Notes under the pieces: model-generated
Told to the model about the DNA's origin: nothing
Seen by the model: the letters and a program-made list of their open reading frames with translations, nothing else
The model's database searches: none
Program-made: the position numbers and the translations under genes
In this document: piece after piece, positions 1 to 18,125 of the stretch
Numbering within the stretch: position 1 is the stretch's first letter
How the letters are laid out: every line of letters begins with the position of its first letter
Assembly: GCA_965235115.1 (NCBI GenBank)
Contig: OZ249436.1
Span: 1,490,001-1,554,000, forward strand
DNA length: 64,000 nt
Direction: 5' to 3'
Origin: Laetmonice hystrix
Lineage: Eukaryota

Positions 1-236
1 CGGAGATCTGGGAGAAGTCGAGATCTACAAATATTTCAAGAAGGCACCCAAGAATCGGCAAAACTTTGAGGACTATTTATGTCATGGTGACGGAATCCGG
101 GGAGATTGTTTAGGGGCGGATCGCTCCAGGAAGGACGAATTATGAGAGGCAGAAAACGAAGGGGAAAAATGAAGAGAAATATATCATGTAACATCACGGA
201 TGTCCTGTTTGTAAATACGCATCTTTGTACTGTTTC

Positions 237-487
237 ATCACATTCATATGGTAAAATACCTACAGTCTACTGGGTTTACGTGTCAAACGTATCACATTCA
301 TATGGTAAAATACCTACAGTCTACTGGATTTACGTGTCAAACGTATCACATTCATATGGTAAAATACCTACAGTCTACTGGGTTTACGTGTCAAACGTAT
401 CACATTCATATGGAAAAATACCTACATTCTACTGGGTTTACGTGTCAAACGTATCACATTCATATGGTAAAACACCTACGTGTCAAA
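237..487. repeat. 54-bp minisatellite, about 4.5 copies
   Basis: ATCACATTCATATGGTAAAATACCTACAGTCTACTGGGTTTACGTGTCAAACGT. Confidence 0.95.
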
Positions 488-571
488 ACGAAATGTCAGA
501 AAATTTGTAACAAATCCGGCCTTCACAGGTGGTCGTGAAATTTGACATCTAGTCATCCAAATGGGCAAGCC

Positions 572-3500
572 GGCTGAGACAGAGACTCTTACCAGCAGCA
601 GACAATAAACCATGGCAGGGTGTATACAAATTTATAATAGAAGGGTGAGGTAGGGCTGAGACAGAGTCACTCTAACCAGCATACAATAAACCATGGCAGG
701 GTGTATACAAATTTATAATAGAAGGGCGAGGTAGGGCTGAGACAGAGTCACTCTAACCAGCATACAATAAACCATAGCAGGGTGTATACAAATTTATAGC
801 AGGTCGAGGTAGGGCTGAGACAGACTCTAACCAGCATACAATAAACCATGGCAGGGTGTATACAATAGAAGGGCGAGGTAGGGCTGAGACAGAGTCACTC
901 TAACCAGCATACAATAAACCATGGCAGGGTGTATACAATAGAAGGTCGAGGTAGGGATGAGACAGAGTCACTCTAACCAGCATACAATAAACCATGGCAG
1001 GGTGTATACAATAGAAGGGTGAGGTAGGGCTGAGACAGAGTCACTCTAACCAGCATACAATAAACCATGGCAGGTTGTATACAATAGAAGGGTGAGGTAG
1101 GGCTGAGACAGAGTCACTCTAACCAGCATACAATAAACCATGGCAGGGTGTATACAATAGAAGGGCGAGGTAGGGCTGAGACAGAGTCACTCTAACCAGC
1201 ATACAATAAACCATGGCAGGGTGTATACAATAGAAGGGCGAGGTAGGGCTGAGACAGAGTCACTCTAACCAGCATACAATAAACCATGACAAGTTGTATA
1301 CAATAGAAGGGTGAGGTAGGGCTGAGACAGAGTCACTCTAACCACCAGCATACAATAAACCATGGCAAGGTGTATACAAATTTATAATAGAAGGGTGAGG
1401 TAGGGCTGAGACAGAGTCACTCTAACCAGCATACAATAAACCATGGCAAGGTGTATACAATAGAAGGGTGAGGTAGGGCTGAGACAGAGTCACTCTAACC
1501 AGCATACAATAAACCATGGCAAGTTGTATACAATAGAAGGTCGAGGTAGGGCTGAGACAGAGTCACTCTAACCAGCATACAATAAACCATGGCAGGGTGT
1601 ATACAAATTTATAATAGAAGGGTGAGGTAGGGCTGAGACAGAGTCACTCTAACCAGCATACAATAAACCATGGCAGGGTGTATACAAATTTATAATAGAA
1701 GGGTGAGGTAGGGCTGAGACAGAGTCACTCTAACCAGCATACAATAAACCATGGCAGGGTGTATACAAATTTATAATAGAAGGGCGAGGTAGGGCTGAGA
1801 CAGATTCACTCTAACCACCAGCATACAATAAACCATGGCAGGTTGTAGACAAATTTATAATAGAAGGGTGAGGTAGGGCTGAGACAGAGTCACTCTAACC
1901 ACCAGCATACAATAAACCATGGCAGGGTGTATACAAATTTATAATAGAAGGGTGAGGTAGGGCTGAGACAGAGTCACTTTAACCACCAGCATACAATAAA
2001 CCATGGCAGGTTGTGGACAAATTTATAATAGAAGGGTGAGGTAGGGCTGAGACAGAGTCACTCTAACCAGCATACAATAAACCATGGCAGGGTGTATACA
2101 AATTTATAATAGAAGGGCGAGGTAGGGCTGAGACAGAGTCACTCTAACCACCAGCATACAATAAACCATGGCAGGTTGTAGACAAATTTATAATAGAAGG
2201 GCGAGGTAGGGCTGAGACAGAGTCACTCTAACCACCAGCATACAATAAACCATGGCAGGTTGTAGACAAATTTATAATAGAAGGGCGAGGTAGGGCTGAG
2301 ACAGAGTCACTCTAACCAGCATACAATAAACCATGGCAGGGTGTATACAAATTTATAATAGAAGGGTGAGGTAGGGCTGAGACAGACTCACTCTAACCAG
2401 CATACAATAAACCATGGCAGGGTGTATACAAATTTATAATAGAAGGGTGAGGTAGGGCTGAGACAGAGTCACTCTAACCACCAGCATACAAGAAACCATG
2501 GCAGGGTGTATACAATAGAAGGGCGAGGTAGGGCTGAGACAGAGTCACTCTAACCAGCATACAATAAACCATGGCAAGTTGTATACAATAGAAGGGTGAG
2601 GTAGGGCTGAGACAGAGTCACTCTAACCACCAGCATACAATAAACCATGGCAGGGTGTATACAAATTTATAATAGAAGGGCGAGGTAGGGCTGAGACAGA
2701 GTCACTCTAACCAGCATACAATAAACCATGGCAGGGTGTATGCAAATTTATAATAGAAGGGTGAGGTAGGGCTGAGACAGAGTCACTCTAACCAGCATAC
2801 AATAAACCATGGCAGGGTGTATACAAATTTATAATAGAAGGGTGAGGTAGGGCTGAGACAGAGTCACTCTAACCAGCATACAATAAACCATGGCAGGGTG
2901 TATACAAATTTATAATAGAAGGGCGAGGTAGGGCTGAGACAGAGTCACTCTAACCACCAGCATACAATAAACCATGGCAGGGTGTATACAATAGAAGGGC
3001 GAGGTAGGGCTGAGACAGTCACTCTAACCACCAGCATACAATAAACCATGGCAGGGTGTATACAAATTTATAATAGAAGGGTGAGGTAGGGCTGAGACAG
3101 AGTCACTCTAACCAGCAGACAATAAACCATGGCAGGGTGTATACAAATTTATAATAGAAGGGTGAGGTAGGGCTGAGACAGAGTCACTCTAACCAGCATA
3201 CAATAAACCATGGCAGGGTGTATACAAATTTATAATAGAAGGGTGAGGTAGGGCTGAGACAGAGTCACTCTAACCAGCATACAATAAACCATGGCAGGGT
3301 GTATACAAATTTATAATAGAAGGGTGAGGTAGGGCTGAGACAGAGTCACTCTAACCAGCATACAATAAACCATGGCAGGGTGTATACAAATTTATAATAG
3401 AAGGGCGAGGTAGGGCTGAGACAGAGTCACTCTAACCAGCATACAATAAACCATAGCAGGGTGTATACAAATTTATAGCAGGTCGAGGTAGGGCTGAGAC

Positions 3501-5745
3501 AGACTCTAACCAGCATACAATAAACCATGGCAGGGTGTATACAATAGAAGGGCGAGGTAGGGCTGAGACAGAGTCACTCTAACCAGCATACAATAAACCA
3601 TGGCAGGGTGTATACAATAGAAGGTCGAGGTAGGGATGAGACAGAGTCACTCTAACCAGCATACAATAAACCATGGCAGGGTGTATACAATAGAAGGGTG
3701 AGGTAGGGCTGAGACAGAGTCACTCTAACCAGCATACAATAAACCATGGCAGGTTGTATACAATAGAAGGGCGAGGTAGGGCTGAGACAGAGTCACTCTA
3801 ACCAGCATACAATAAACCATGGCAGGGTGTATACAATAGAAGGGTGAGGTAGGGCTGAGACAGAGTCACTCTAACCAGCATACAATAAACCATGGCAGGG
3901 TGTATACAATAGAAGGGCGAGGTAGGGCTGAGACAGAGTCACTCTAACCAGCATACAATAAACCATGGCAGGGTGTATACAATAGAAGGGCGAGGTAGGG
4001 CTGAGACAGAGTCACTCTAACCAGCATACAATAAACCATGGCAGGGTGTATACAATAGAAGGGTGAGGTAGGGCTGAGACAGAGTCACTCTAACCAGCAT
4101 ACAATAAACCATGGCAGGGTGTATACAATAGAAGGGTGAGGTAGGGCTGAGACAGAGTCACTCTAACCAGCATACAATAAACCATGGCAGGTTGTATACA
4201 ATAGAAGGGCGAGGTAGGGCTGAGACAGAGTCACTCTAACCAGCATACAATAAACCATGGCAGGTTGTATACAATAGAAGGGCGAGGTAGGGCTGAGACA
4301 GAGTCACTCTAACCAGCATACAATAAACCATGGCAGGTTGTATACAATAGAAGGGCGAGGTAGGGCTGAGACAGAGTCACTCTAACCAGCATACAATAAA
4401 CCATGGCAGGTTGTATACAATAGAAGGGCGAGGTAGGGCTGAGACAGAGTCACTCTAACCAGCATACAATAAACCATGGCAGGGTGTATACAAATTTATA
4501 ATAGAAGGGCGAGGTAGGGCTGAGACAGAGTCACTCTAACCAGCATACAATAAACCATGGCAGGGTGTATACAATAGAAGGGTGAGGTAGGGCTGAGACA
4601 GAGTCACTCTAACCAGCATACAATAAACCATGGCAGGTTGTATACAATAGAAGGGCGAGGTAGGGCTGAGACAGAGTCACTCTAACCAGCATACAATAAA
4701 CCATGGCAGGTTGTATACAATAGAAGGGCGAGGTAGGGCTGAGACAGAGTCACTCTAACCAGCATACAATAAACCATGGCAGGGTGTATACAATAGAAGG
4801 GCGAGGTAGGGCTGAGACAGAGTCACTCTAACCAGCATACAATAAACCATGGCAGGGTGTATACAATAGAAGGGTGAGGTAGGGCTGAGACAGAGTCACT
4901 CTAACCAGCATACAATAAACCATGGCAGGTTGTATACAATAGAAGGGCGAGGTAGGGCTGAGACAGAGTCACTCTAACCAGCATACAATAAACCATGGCA
5001 GGTTGTATACAATAGAAGGGCGAGGTAGGGCTGAGACAGAGTCACTCTAACCAGCATACAATAAACCATGGCAGGTTGTATACAATAGAAGGGTGAGGTA
5101 GGGCTGAGACAGAGTCACTCTAACCAGCATACAATAAACCATGGCAGGGTGTATACAATAGAAGGGTGAGGTAGGGCTGAGACAGAGTCACTCTAACCAG
5201 CATACAATAAACCATGGCAGGGTGTATACAATAGAAGGGTGAGGTAGGGCTGAGACAGAGTCACTCTAACCAGCATACAATAAACCATGGCAGGGTGTAT
5301 ACAATAGAAGGGCGAGGTAGGGCTGAGACAGAGTCACTCTAACCAGCATACAATAAACCATGGCAGGGTGTATACAATAGAAGGGCGAGGTAGGGCTGAG
5401 ACAGAGTCACTCTAACCAGCAGACAATAAACCATGGCAGGGTGTATACAATAGAAGGGTGAGGTAGGGCTGAGACAGAGTCACTCTAACCAGCAGACAAT
5501 AAACCATGGCAGGGTGTATACAATAGAAGGGTGAGGTAGGGCTGAGACAGAGTCACTCTAACCAGCATACAATAAACCATGGCAGGGTGTATACAATAGA
5601 AGGGCGAGGTAGGGCTGAGACAGAGTCACTCTAACCAGCATACAATAAACCATGGCAGGGTGTATACAATAGAAGGGCGAGGTAGGCCTGAGACAGAGTC
5701 ACTCTAACCAGCATACAATAAACCATGGCAGGGTGTATACAAAAT
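572..5745. repeat. 73/82/85-bp minisatellite, roughly 65-70 copies
   Basis: GGCTGAGACAGAGTCACTCTAACCAGCATACAATAAACCATGGCAGGGTGTATAC(AAATTTAT)AATAGAAGGGYGAGGTAG. Confidence 0.98.
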
Positions 5746-6500
5746 GTATGATAGAAGTAATATTTGAATCAATCCAGACCTATTGTAGTAAGAATCTAAT
5801 ACAAGATCTCAGAGTTAGACCAACACTGGATGTCTGCAGACATTGCGGTAACGTCAAGTCAAGGAATTGATTGATCATAATTTATTTAACCTGTATCATG
5901 TGATTTTTAGGTGTGAATTAGTGCCGTTTTGCGTAGTTTGATCAGGGGGCCGTTGTACAAACAGCGACGGCCCAACAGTTACTGACCGGGGGCTTCAGTC
6001 CGGTAGCTGGAGAGTTCGCCCCCCGTGGGGTGGGGGTTGGGGGGGGGGGGGGGGTGACAAGCAGTCTGTGTAACATTTCTCAATATTTGAGTTAATATTT
6101 GAGATATTTTGTGACAACCAGTCCGTGTAACATTTCTCGTTATAGACACATGCTATGGGCCGCCTACCTCCGACGGAGCTTTTTCCTCCTTCACTCAGAC
6201 TTACAAATCCGCCCCTCAGCAGGACATATTGTGTATTATGTCAGGAACAGTCTTAATTTAGGTCGTATTGTAATCTTTAAATGCACCAGGATCATGCCAG
6301 TGTAGGCCCAAAATGCGTTCAAAATGTTGTAATTGCTAAAATACATTTTCCAAATAAGAGAAAAAATACGGCATTAATGGTTGAATGTGTATAGATGAGG
6401 TGATATCGAAGTAGAGGACTTGTACAAAGTCATGATATGCATTTAGTGATCATGTGGCAGTTATACCAGCGAATTATGAGTGCGATTATCAAGCGCCATG
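5709..6500 (-). other. Putative 5' exons of an unidentified minus-strand gene running off the window start (candidate exons about 6467-6500 and 5709-5779)
   Basis: ACCATGG Kozak context near 6498, donor GTATAA at 6466, acceptor CAATAG at 5780, and a 71-nt segment open in two frames (hydrophobic in both) ending at donor GTTAGA. No recognisable domain. Confidence 0.3.
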
Positions 6501-8436
6501 GTTGAGTGGACACGGGCGAGTCCCAACGACGACCACCACCACAGAAGTGGTGGCAACCTGTATTGGGATCGCTCGTGTCGGTATTGGCAGACAGCCTCGG
6601 CTCACGTCGGCTGTCTACGTCTACCAATACCGCCACTCGCTTGTACACCTATCAACCTCGGTGGACATCAACACTGGGGGTTACACACTCTTGTTTCGGC
6701 CCACCTCGGTATGATGTGACACATCGGTTGACACCTGGGTTGACACCATCTTCATTGATCATTGGCACCACCATGAAAAGGTGGTGGTCACACTGGTCAC
6801 GGTACTTGACTTTCTATGGCCGGTCGGGGCCACTCGGACGAGTCCCAAGATAAAAATATGTTCAACTGGACCAACGAACCCAGCGTCATTTAGGGGTGTT
6901 CGCCATTCATTTCTAAAATTGCCAACGTGATGACTAATTGAGATAGACCACGGCCACCCCTCCTGTCTCCATGCAGGTTTACACCTGGTGTCTTCACCGT
7001 CGGTGTATAACCTGCATGTAGCCATTCGTGGGCCGTGGACTGTCCCTCACGTAACCATTCGTGGGCCGTGGACTGTCCCTCACAGAAACTGAATGACGAC
7101 TGCGGTTACGTCATTACCGTGCGGTCTGACTCATCAATAAGTGTGTCCAGGCGTTTTCTAGGATTCCCCTTGAACCCTTACCCCGTTTTTTTCTTCAAAT
7201 ATCTGGACATGCCCTTTTATTTACGCTTGAAAAGAAACATTCCAAATTTGCGTGTCGCAAACCACAGTGGCATTCCGAACAAAAGACCGTCCGTTGTGGG
7301 GTTTATTTTGTCATCTTTCTTTCCTGCACACCATCAATGACGTATGTATCTGTCTCACTGTATACATTTCCATGTCGATAAATAAAATGTTCAATCTTAC
7401 TACACTAATTCGTCCTCTTCTTCCCAGTTATAAAAACAAGTCTCCAGCCATTAATTACTGTCTCCAAAGTTTATTTCACTTTTTTCTTCTTTCTTACAAT
7501 GACAGAGTGAGGTAACATTTGGCACCTTACCAGAGAATTTCCCTTCGATATACGAGTTAACAAGATGAGGGCTGTGTCCAGGGATTGGTGCGGGGGGGGG
7601 GGGGTTAGTGGATGGATCCAAGTGTTAGGACCTGTCTAACGCATTGTAACCACTGTACAGATGGCACCCGGGGGGCCGGGGGGGGGGGGGGTTAGTGGAT
7701 GGATCCAAGTGTTAGGACCTGTCTAACGCATTGTAACATTGTACAGATGGCGGCCGGGGGGGGGGGTGTTACAGACACCCAAAAAACCCCCTGGGCACTG
7801 CCGTGAAGATAAACGTAATGGTTCTAATGTACCCCCGGTAACTTGTACTTTTAACCACAGAACAGACAGCTGTCGATTCCCAGGTTTAAAATGGGAAGAC
7901 CTCTACATCGTAAAAAGATACTTATGTACACAGAAAGATAAACCAGAAACGAACCTTTCATTAGTTTCTGCCAATCCGTCCAGCCATCTTGTAGACGGAA
8001 GGTTGTGCGCTTTTATTAACATGATCATGTACAGAATGCCACACCTGTGTAAACAGGGAAACAGGTTTCCTAAACCTTGTTCACATTAACTGGCACATAA
8101 AAACGCACGGTTTCAAACAGGATCAGAAACCATGAAATAAGGTTTGTTTCTTCTTCATTCTCTGCTTACTTTTTTATGTACCTTGTATACACTACATGTA
8201 GACAAAGGCGCTATCACGACGGAATATCACAGCTTCATACCAAACTCCGCTTCTGACATAAAACTGATAGAAAATGACTCGGCCTATATTTGTTAATCTA
8301 TACCATGGAGTGTTACCCCGGTACGTCTGTATTTAATGTTCCTGAGCAAAGTCTGAATTTGTTATCAGCCTCAGCCAACCGTCGTGGTCGCCCAAAGACT
8401 GGATCACAATGTACGTGCCTTGCATGAAGGGACGAA

Positions 8437-8535
8437 CAATACACGTTATCTGCCTACAGTACCTATGCTACAATACACGTTATCTGCCTACAGTACCTAT
8501 GCTACAATACACGTTATCTGCCTACAGTACCTATG
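8437..8535. repeat. 34-bp repeat, 3 copies, immediately after the renalase stop codon
   Basis: AATACACGTTATCTGCCTACAGTACCTATGCTAC. Confidence 0.9.
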
Positions 8536-8542
8536 GATTATA

Positions 8543-13370
<4,828 letters not shown>

Positions 13371-13515
13371 GCCAGCACGAGAAAGCATACTTAAATAGGT
13401 CTGGACACTACTGTATAATACCTCCTGCAGAAGGTGAGTACGGATGTGTAGATCTCGCCCACCCAGGCTTTATAAGCGGCAGTGAAACGGTTTCCAACAT
13501 GTTATGCCGATAAGG

Positions 13516-13582
13516 CGATAGGTGGCGCGATTTTGCACGAGATTGGATGGGAGATTCACCATTCACGAAAGGTGGCGCCACT
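13516..13582 (+). promoter_or_regulatory. Two CTCF-like motifs upstream of renalase
   Basis: CGATAGGTGGCGCGA and CGAAAGGTGGCGCCACT. Confidence 0.35.
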
Positions 13583-13616
13583 GCATGAAAGCAATGTTTT
13601 GCCCTTTCAGGATCAA

Positions 13617-13934
13617 TGGGCGGACCATATGATATGAATTGGGAGGGGTAGGCCTAACAACACGTTAGCGTCAAGCAGATCTACGTTGCTATATACTAGC
13701 CTATTACATAAAAATAATTTGTTTTATAGATGTATGAAACAAACGTCTAACTGTTATGTAAAAAAATATAGTAGACTCTATAGAGTATAACGTGTTAGAC
13801 CTAATCAAAATGGGTGGGGGCAAAAAAAAAAGAGGTTTGCTCATAAAGAAACCCCACATTGCTGGCACGGCCCATAGACCGCTCAACATGCAGGGCCCTA
13901 GTGCCCCCCCTCTTCATATCAAATGGTCCGCCCA
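13617..13934. mobile_element. MITE with 22-bp TIR
   Basis: TGGGCGGACCATATGATATGAA ... TTCATATCAAATGGTCCGCCCA (1 mismatch); TSD not clear. Confidence 0.7.
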
Positions 13935-14561
13935 AAGCTAACTTCTGGTTTGTCATCTGACTTTGTCCCCGTGCATGAAGCCGCAGCAGGCACAACCATA
14001 CCAATACAGACTGACAGTTGCCGTCAACCACTGGAAGACGGGAGCAACGTGAAGTAGTATTGTAATCTTGTATTTCTCAGGTTAGTATAGCCTGTATAAA
14101 TGACATGACATTGCAAATCATGTCTGCAATACTACAATTACGTAAACGTTACCGTTGTGGGTGTGGCGTCCACCCGGCCATATATATATACGCGGCTTAT
14201 CGCGGAAAGTAATCTACACAGAAAAAAATAGAGTCAGAACGTCACAAGGAGGTGACATAGCACCTATTTATAACACTTAATCGAGCACTTGACTTTACCT
14301 GCTTACGTCGACATCGGTAGAAAAGGTGATACCATCTAGATTATAGATCTGTATGTATCTGACTTGGGATAAGAGAATAACTAGAACTAGTACTTGTAGT
14401 AGAAGTCTAACTGCCTGCATAGCCACAGCCTGCCCAAGGTGGTACTTTTCACCGGGACTACCATGTAATGACCAGTAGTTTTGACTTTCTATCGCCTGAC
14501 GCCCAGCTACTGAATTCTCCAGTTGGGCTACTGGGTAAATGTTCAGTTTAGCCTTACTTTA

Positions 14562-14982
14562 AGCCGGTTACACATATACCGACCTGACCGCCCGACCCCC
14601 GACTGACCGACCCGACAAGGTCGGGTCGGTCAAGATTGTTTTGCGACAGGAGTGTTCAGATATCACATCTGACGTCAACATTTGATAGTGATAGAAATCA
14701 TCAAAGTTGGCTTTTTTAGTCGGCTGAAAATACATTCCACAACCATTCCATCTGGTTGCAATCTAGTACCTGACACCGTGCACATATTCCGTTCGCCACC
14801 CGAACGTCCGACTTAGTCAGCCAAAAAGTCTGACATGTCAGACTTTGCCCGACCACCGATTCTCCGACCTGACTGCCCTTTCTGTGACCCAATCGGGTCA
14901 AAATGTATTGCACATATTATACTGACCAACCGACCCGATCCTCCCTGATCAGGCGGTGGGGTCAGGATACGTGCAACCGGCT
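14562..14982. mobile_element. PIF/Harbinger-type MITE, TTA TSD
   Basis: TTA|AGCCGGTTACACATAT ... ATACGTGCAACCGGCT|TTA, with internal CCGAC/GTCGG motifs. Confidence 0.75.
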
Positions 14983-15229
14983 TTAGCCCTATCAGAATAC
15001 AATGGGCTAGTGCGTGGATTCTCTGGCCTCAGGCCTACTGCAGACTAAAGAGCGGCGATGTTGCTAAAAACCTGTACCGACACAGGTGGTTCCTGGTCAT
15101 TAGTCCCTGGTCGTCCTTGGTAGTCCACAGTGAAAGGTGGTACCCCTCCTCACACTTTATCACATACACTGGGCTGAAGTGGGACGAGCCAGGTTACTGT
15201 AGAGACTAGAGAACTATAAATGAATCGTC

Positions 15230-16223
15230 ACCTAAGTAGATATGCCTGCCCATTATTGTGTGGTCTAGGCATGCAACAATGGCACAGCAGTAAACATAGA
15301 ACCTAAGTAGATATGCCAGCCCATTATCGTGTGGTCTAGGCACGCAACAATGGCACAGCAGTAAACATAGAACTTTAGTAGATATGTCTGGCCATTATCA
15401 TGTGGTCTAGGCACGCAACAATGGCACAGCAGTAAACATAGAACCTAAGTAGATATGCCAGCCCATTATTGTATGGTCTAGGCACGCAACAATGGCACAG
15501 CAGTAAACATAGAACCTAAGTAGATATGCCAGCCCATTATTGTATGGTCTAGGCACGCAACAATGGCACAGCAGTAAACATAGAACCTAAGTAGATATGC
15601 CAGCCCATTATTGTATGGTCTAGGCACGCAACAATGGCACAGCAGTAAACATAGAACCTAAGTAGATATGCCTGCCCATTATCGTGTGGTCTAGGCACGC
15701 AACAATGGCACAGCAGTAAACATAGAACCTAAGTAGATATGCCTGCCCATTATTGTATGGTCTAGGCATGCAACAATGGCACAGCAGTAAACATAGAACC
15801 TAAGTAGATATGCCAGCCCATTATTGTATGGTCTAGGCACGCAACAATGGCACAGCAGTAAACATAGAACCTAAGTAGATATGCCTGCCCATTATTGTAT
15901 GGTCTAGGCACGCAACAATGGCACAGCAGTAAACATAGAACCTAAGTAGATATGCCTGCCCATTATTGTATGGTCTAGGCATGCAACAATGGCACAGCAG
16001 TAAACATAGAACCTAAGTAGATATGCCAGCCCATTATTGTATGGTCTAGGCACGCAACAATGGCACAGCAGTAAACATAGAACCTAAGTAGATATGCCTG
16101 CCCATTATTGTATGGTCTAGGCACGCAACAATGGCACAGCAGTAAACATAGAACCTAAGTAGATATGCCAGCCCATTATTGTATGGTCTAGGCACGCAAC
16201 AATGGCACAGCAGTAAACATAGA
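15230..16223. repeat. 71-bp minisatellite, 14 copies
   Basis: ACCTAAGTAGATATGCCAGCCCATTATTGTATGGTCTAGGCACGCAACAATGGCACAGCAGTAAACATAGA. Confidence 0.97.
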
Positions 16224-18125
16224 AAAGAGGATGAAGGTAGACTGTTAGTGTTAGATTAATAAACCTTTGTAATTTCGGAATTGAAATTAATGTTAAACAG
16301 ATGTATGTATGCAGCTGTTCACAATAGAAATTGATGAAATGGTCCTATGGCAGTAATAAATGTGCCCTTCCCAACCTGGCATTGACACAACTTCTGACGA
16401 TTTCGAGTGAATTAGTAGAGCTCTTCGACCAGGGTATAAATTATCCATGAATTTCTTTACCACCCGAAGCCTCGGATATTAAAGATAGTCTGTATAATGT
16501 ACAGTGTATAATGGCAAATGAAGTACATGTATCTAATGTACTTGTCCATTGTTTGACAGCTGAATTTGCAAGCCTACATAGCTATATGACATAAGATGCA
16601 ATTGGTTCACGTTAAATGAATAGGCAGTATATACTGTAGGCCTACGTACAGCCAATGTTGACAGTTTTCCTATATTTCTCCCAAATGCTTTCAACATCAA
16701 GCAGAAACGCTATCATAGGTAATACCTGGCTTTTAGCGAAGAAAAGAATGATAATCTGGACATATTAACATGGATTCGTCCGTCGTGCACCGTAAATCTG
16801 TTCTTGCCCATTAAGACATGCTGATACTATAGAGAGCTGGTTGTTAGAGGGTTGGTACTTGTTCTCTTGAGCACAGATATGGTAAATTTGACACATTTTT
16901 TGAGACCCACCCATATTCACAGCAGAGTGACTGAGCCCTGAAACAAGTGATTTTTAACATCTAGTGCAGTTGTGAAGAAGAATGAATGAGCTTTCCACTG
17001 ATATATGATATGATATAACCAGGCCACAAATAACCGATATAACTGACTAACAATTCAAGTTTCCAAACCTTTTTTGAGGATTTGGAGTTGCATAGCTTTG
17101 ACCAACAGAGCAGGTTGTAAATAGATAAATTTGGAAGACTTATTATTAGGTATACCGTTTTGGAAACCTTTTGTAGCTGGCTGGCATACGAAGAGCCGTC
17201 AGTGTCAGAAATGCCAACCACCAGCTTTATATTCAACCTTTTGAACCATTCACTGGTAGTTATAAACCTCTTACTGTAATAACCTCATGGAGGTAACCAG
17301 ATGGAACCATACAAAACAATGCTCAGCTCACACTGATGGAGGATAAAGCTAGGCATCTATAGGTCCGTATACCTCATTAATACCTATTAATACAGGATTT
17401 CATGATGTTCTATTACTACAAATGCCTAGACCAAGAAGTGAGCCTTTTAAAAAAATGTAATAGTCGCATTATTTGACACAATGGACCTGTATTATGGAAT
17501 GATTTACCTGTATATATGAGAACGTTGAGAAGTAAGACATAAAACAGAACTTAAAAAATATTATAACATTAACAATGTGTTTTTGAATGAAAGCAGTCAG
17601 GATGGTTGATGTATTTATTATATATTGTCCCAGATATTGATTATGTAGGTGTATCCATAGTGTGTATTTCCATCATCTATAGATGCATAAAAATATCCAC
17701 GTTTTTCACATCATTTATTCTAGGTCAGTCGCTAGGACAGCAGTGATGTGGAAAAACACTATGTTTTTGACATCATAATATGGAATTCCCTAGATGTGTA
17801 CATGTAATGCATAAAACCTTACGCTTTATGCATACTTGCTATGCAAATACATGACAACTGAAATCCATTATGACCTTTTAATTATGCATACAGGGACTTA
17901 TGGAATATGGATGCCTCGCTTAAGTGTTGTAATGTAACTGAATGCAGTAGTAATGTTTTGAGAAAGGACAAATGTACAACTTCGTTTTTAAATTTAAAAA
18001 ACACCTCGCCAACACCTCGGCCTAAAACATGGACCAATATTTTTTCTTTTACTGTAGAATGAAAAATTGCAGCAGATAGCATTTAAATGTTCACGACAAT
18101 TTTTCTCTGTTGAAGGGAAGCCATC

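Noticed and set aside
106..538. 134-aa and 96-aa ORFs at the window start
   Set aside because: Mostly translation of the 54-bp repeat; no homology recognised.
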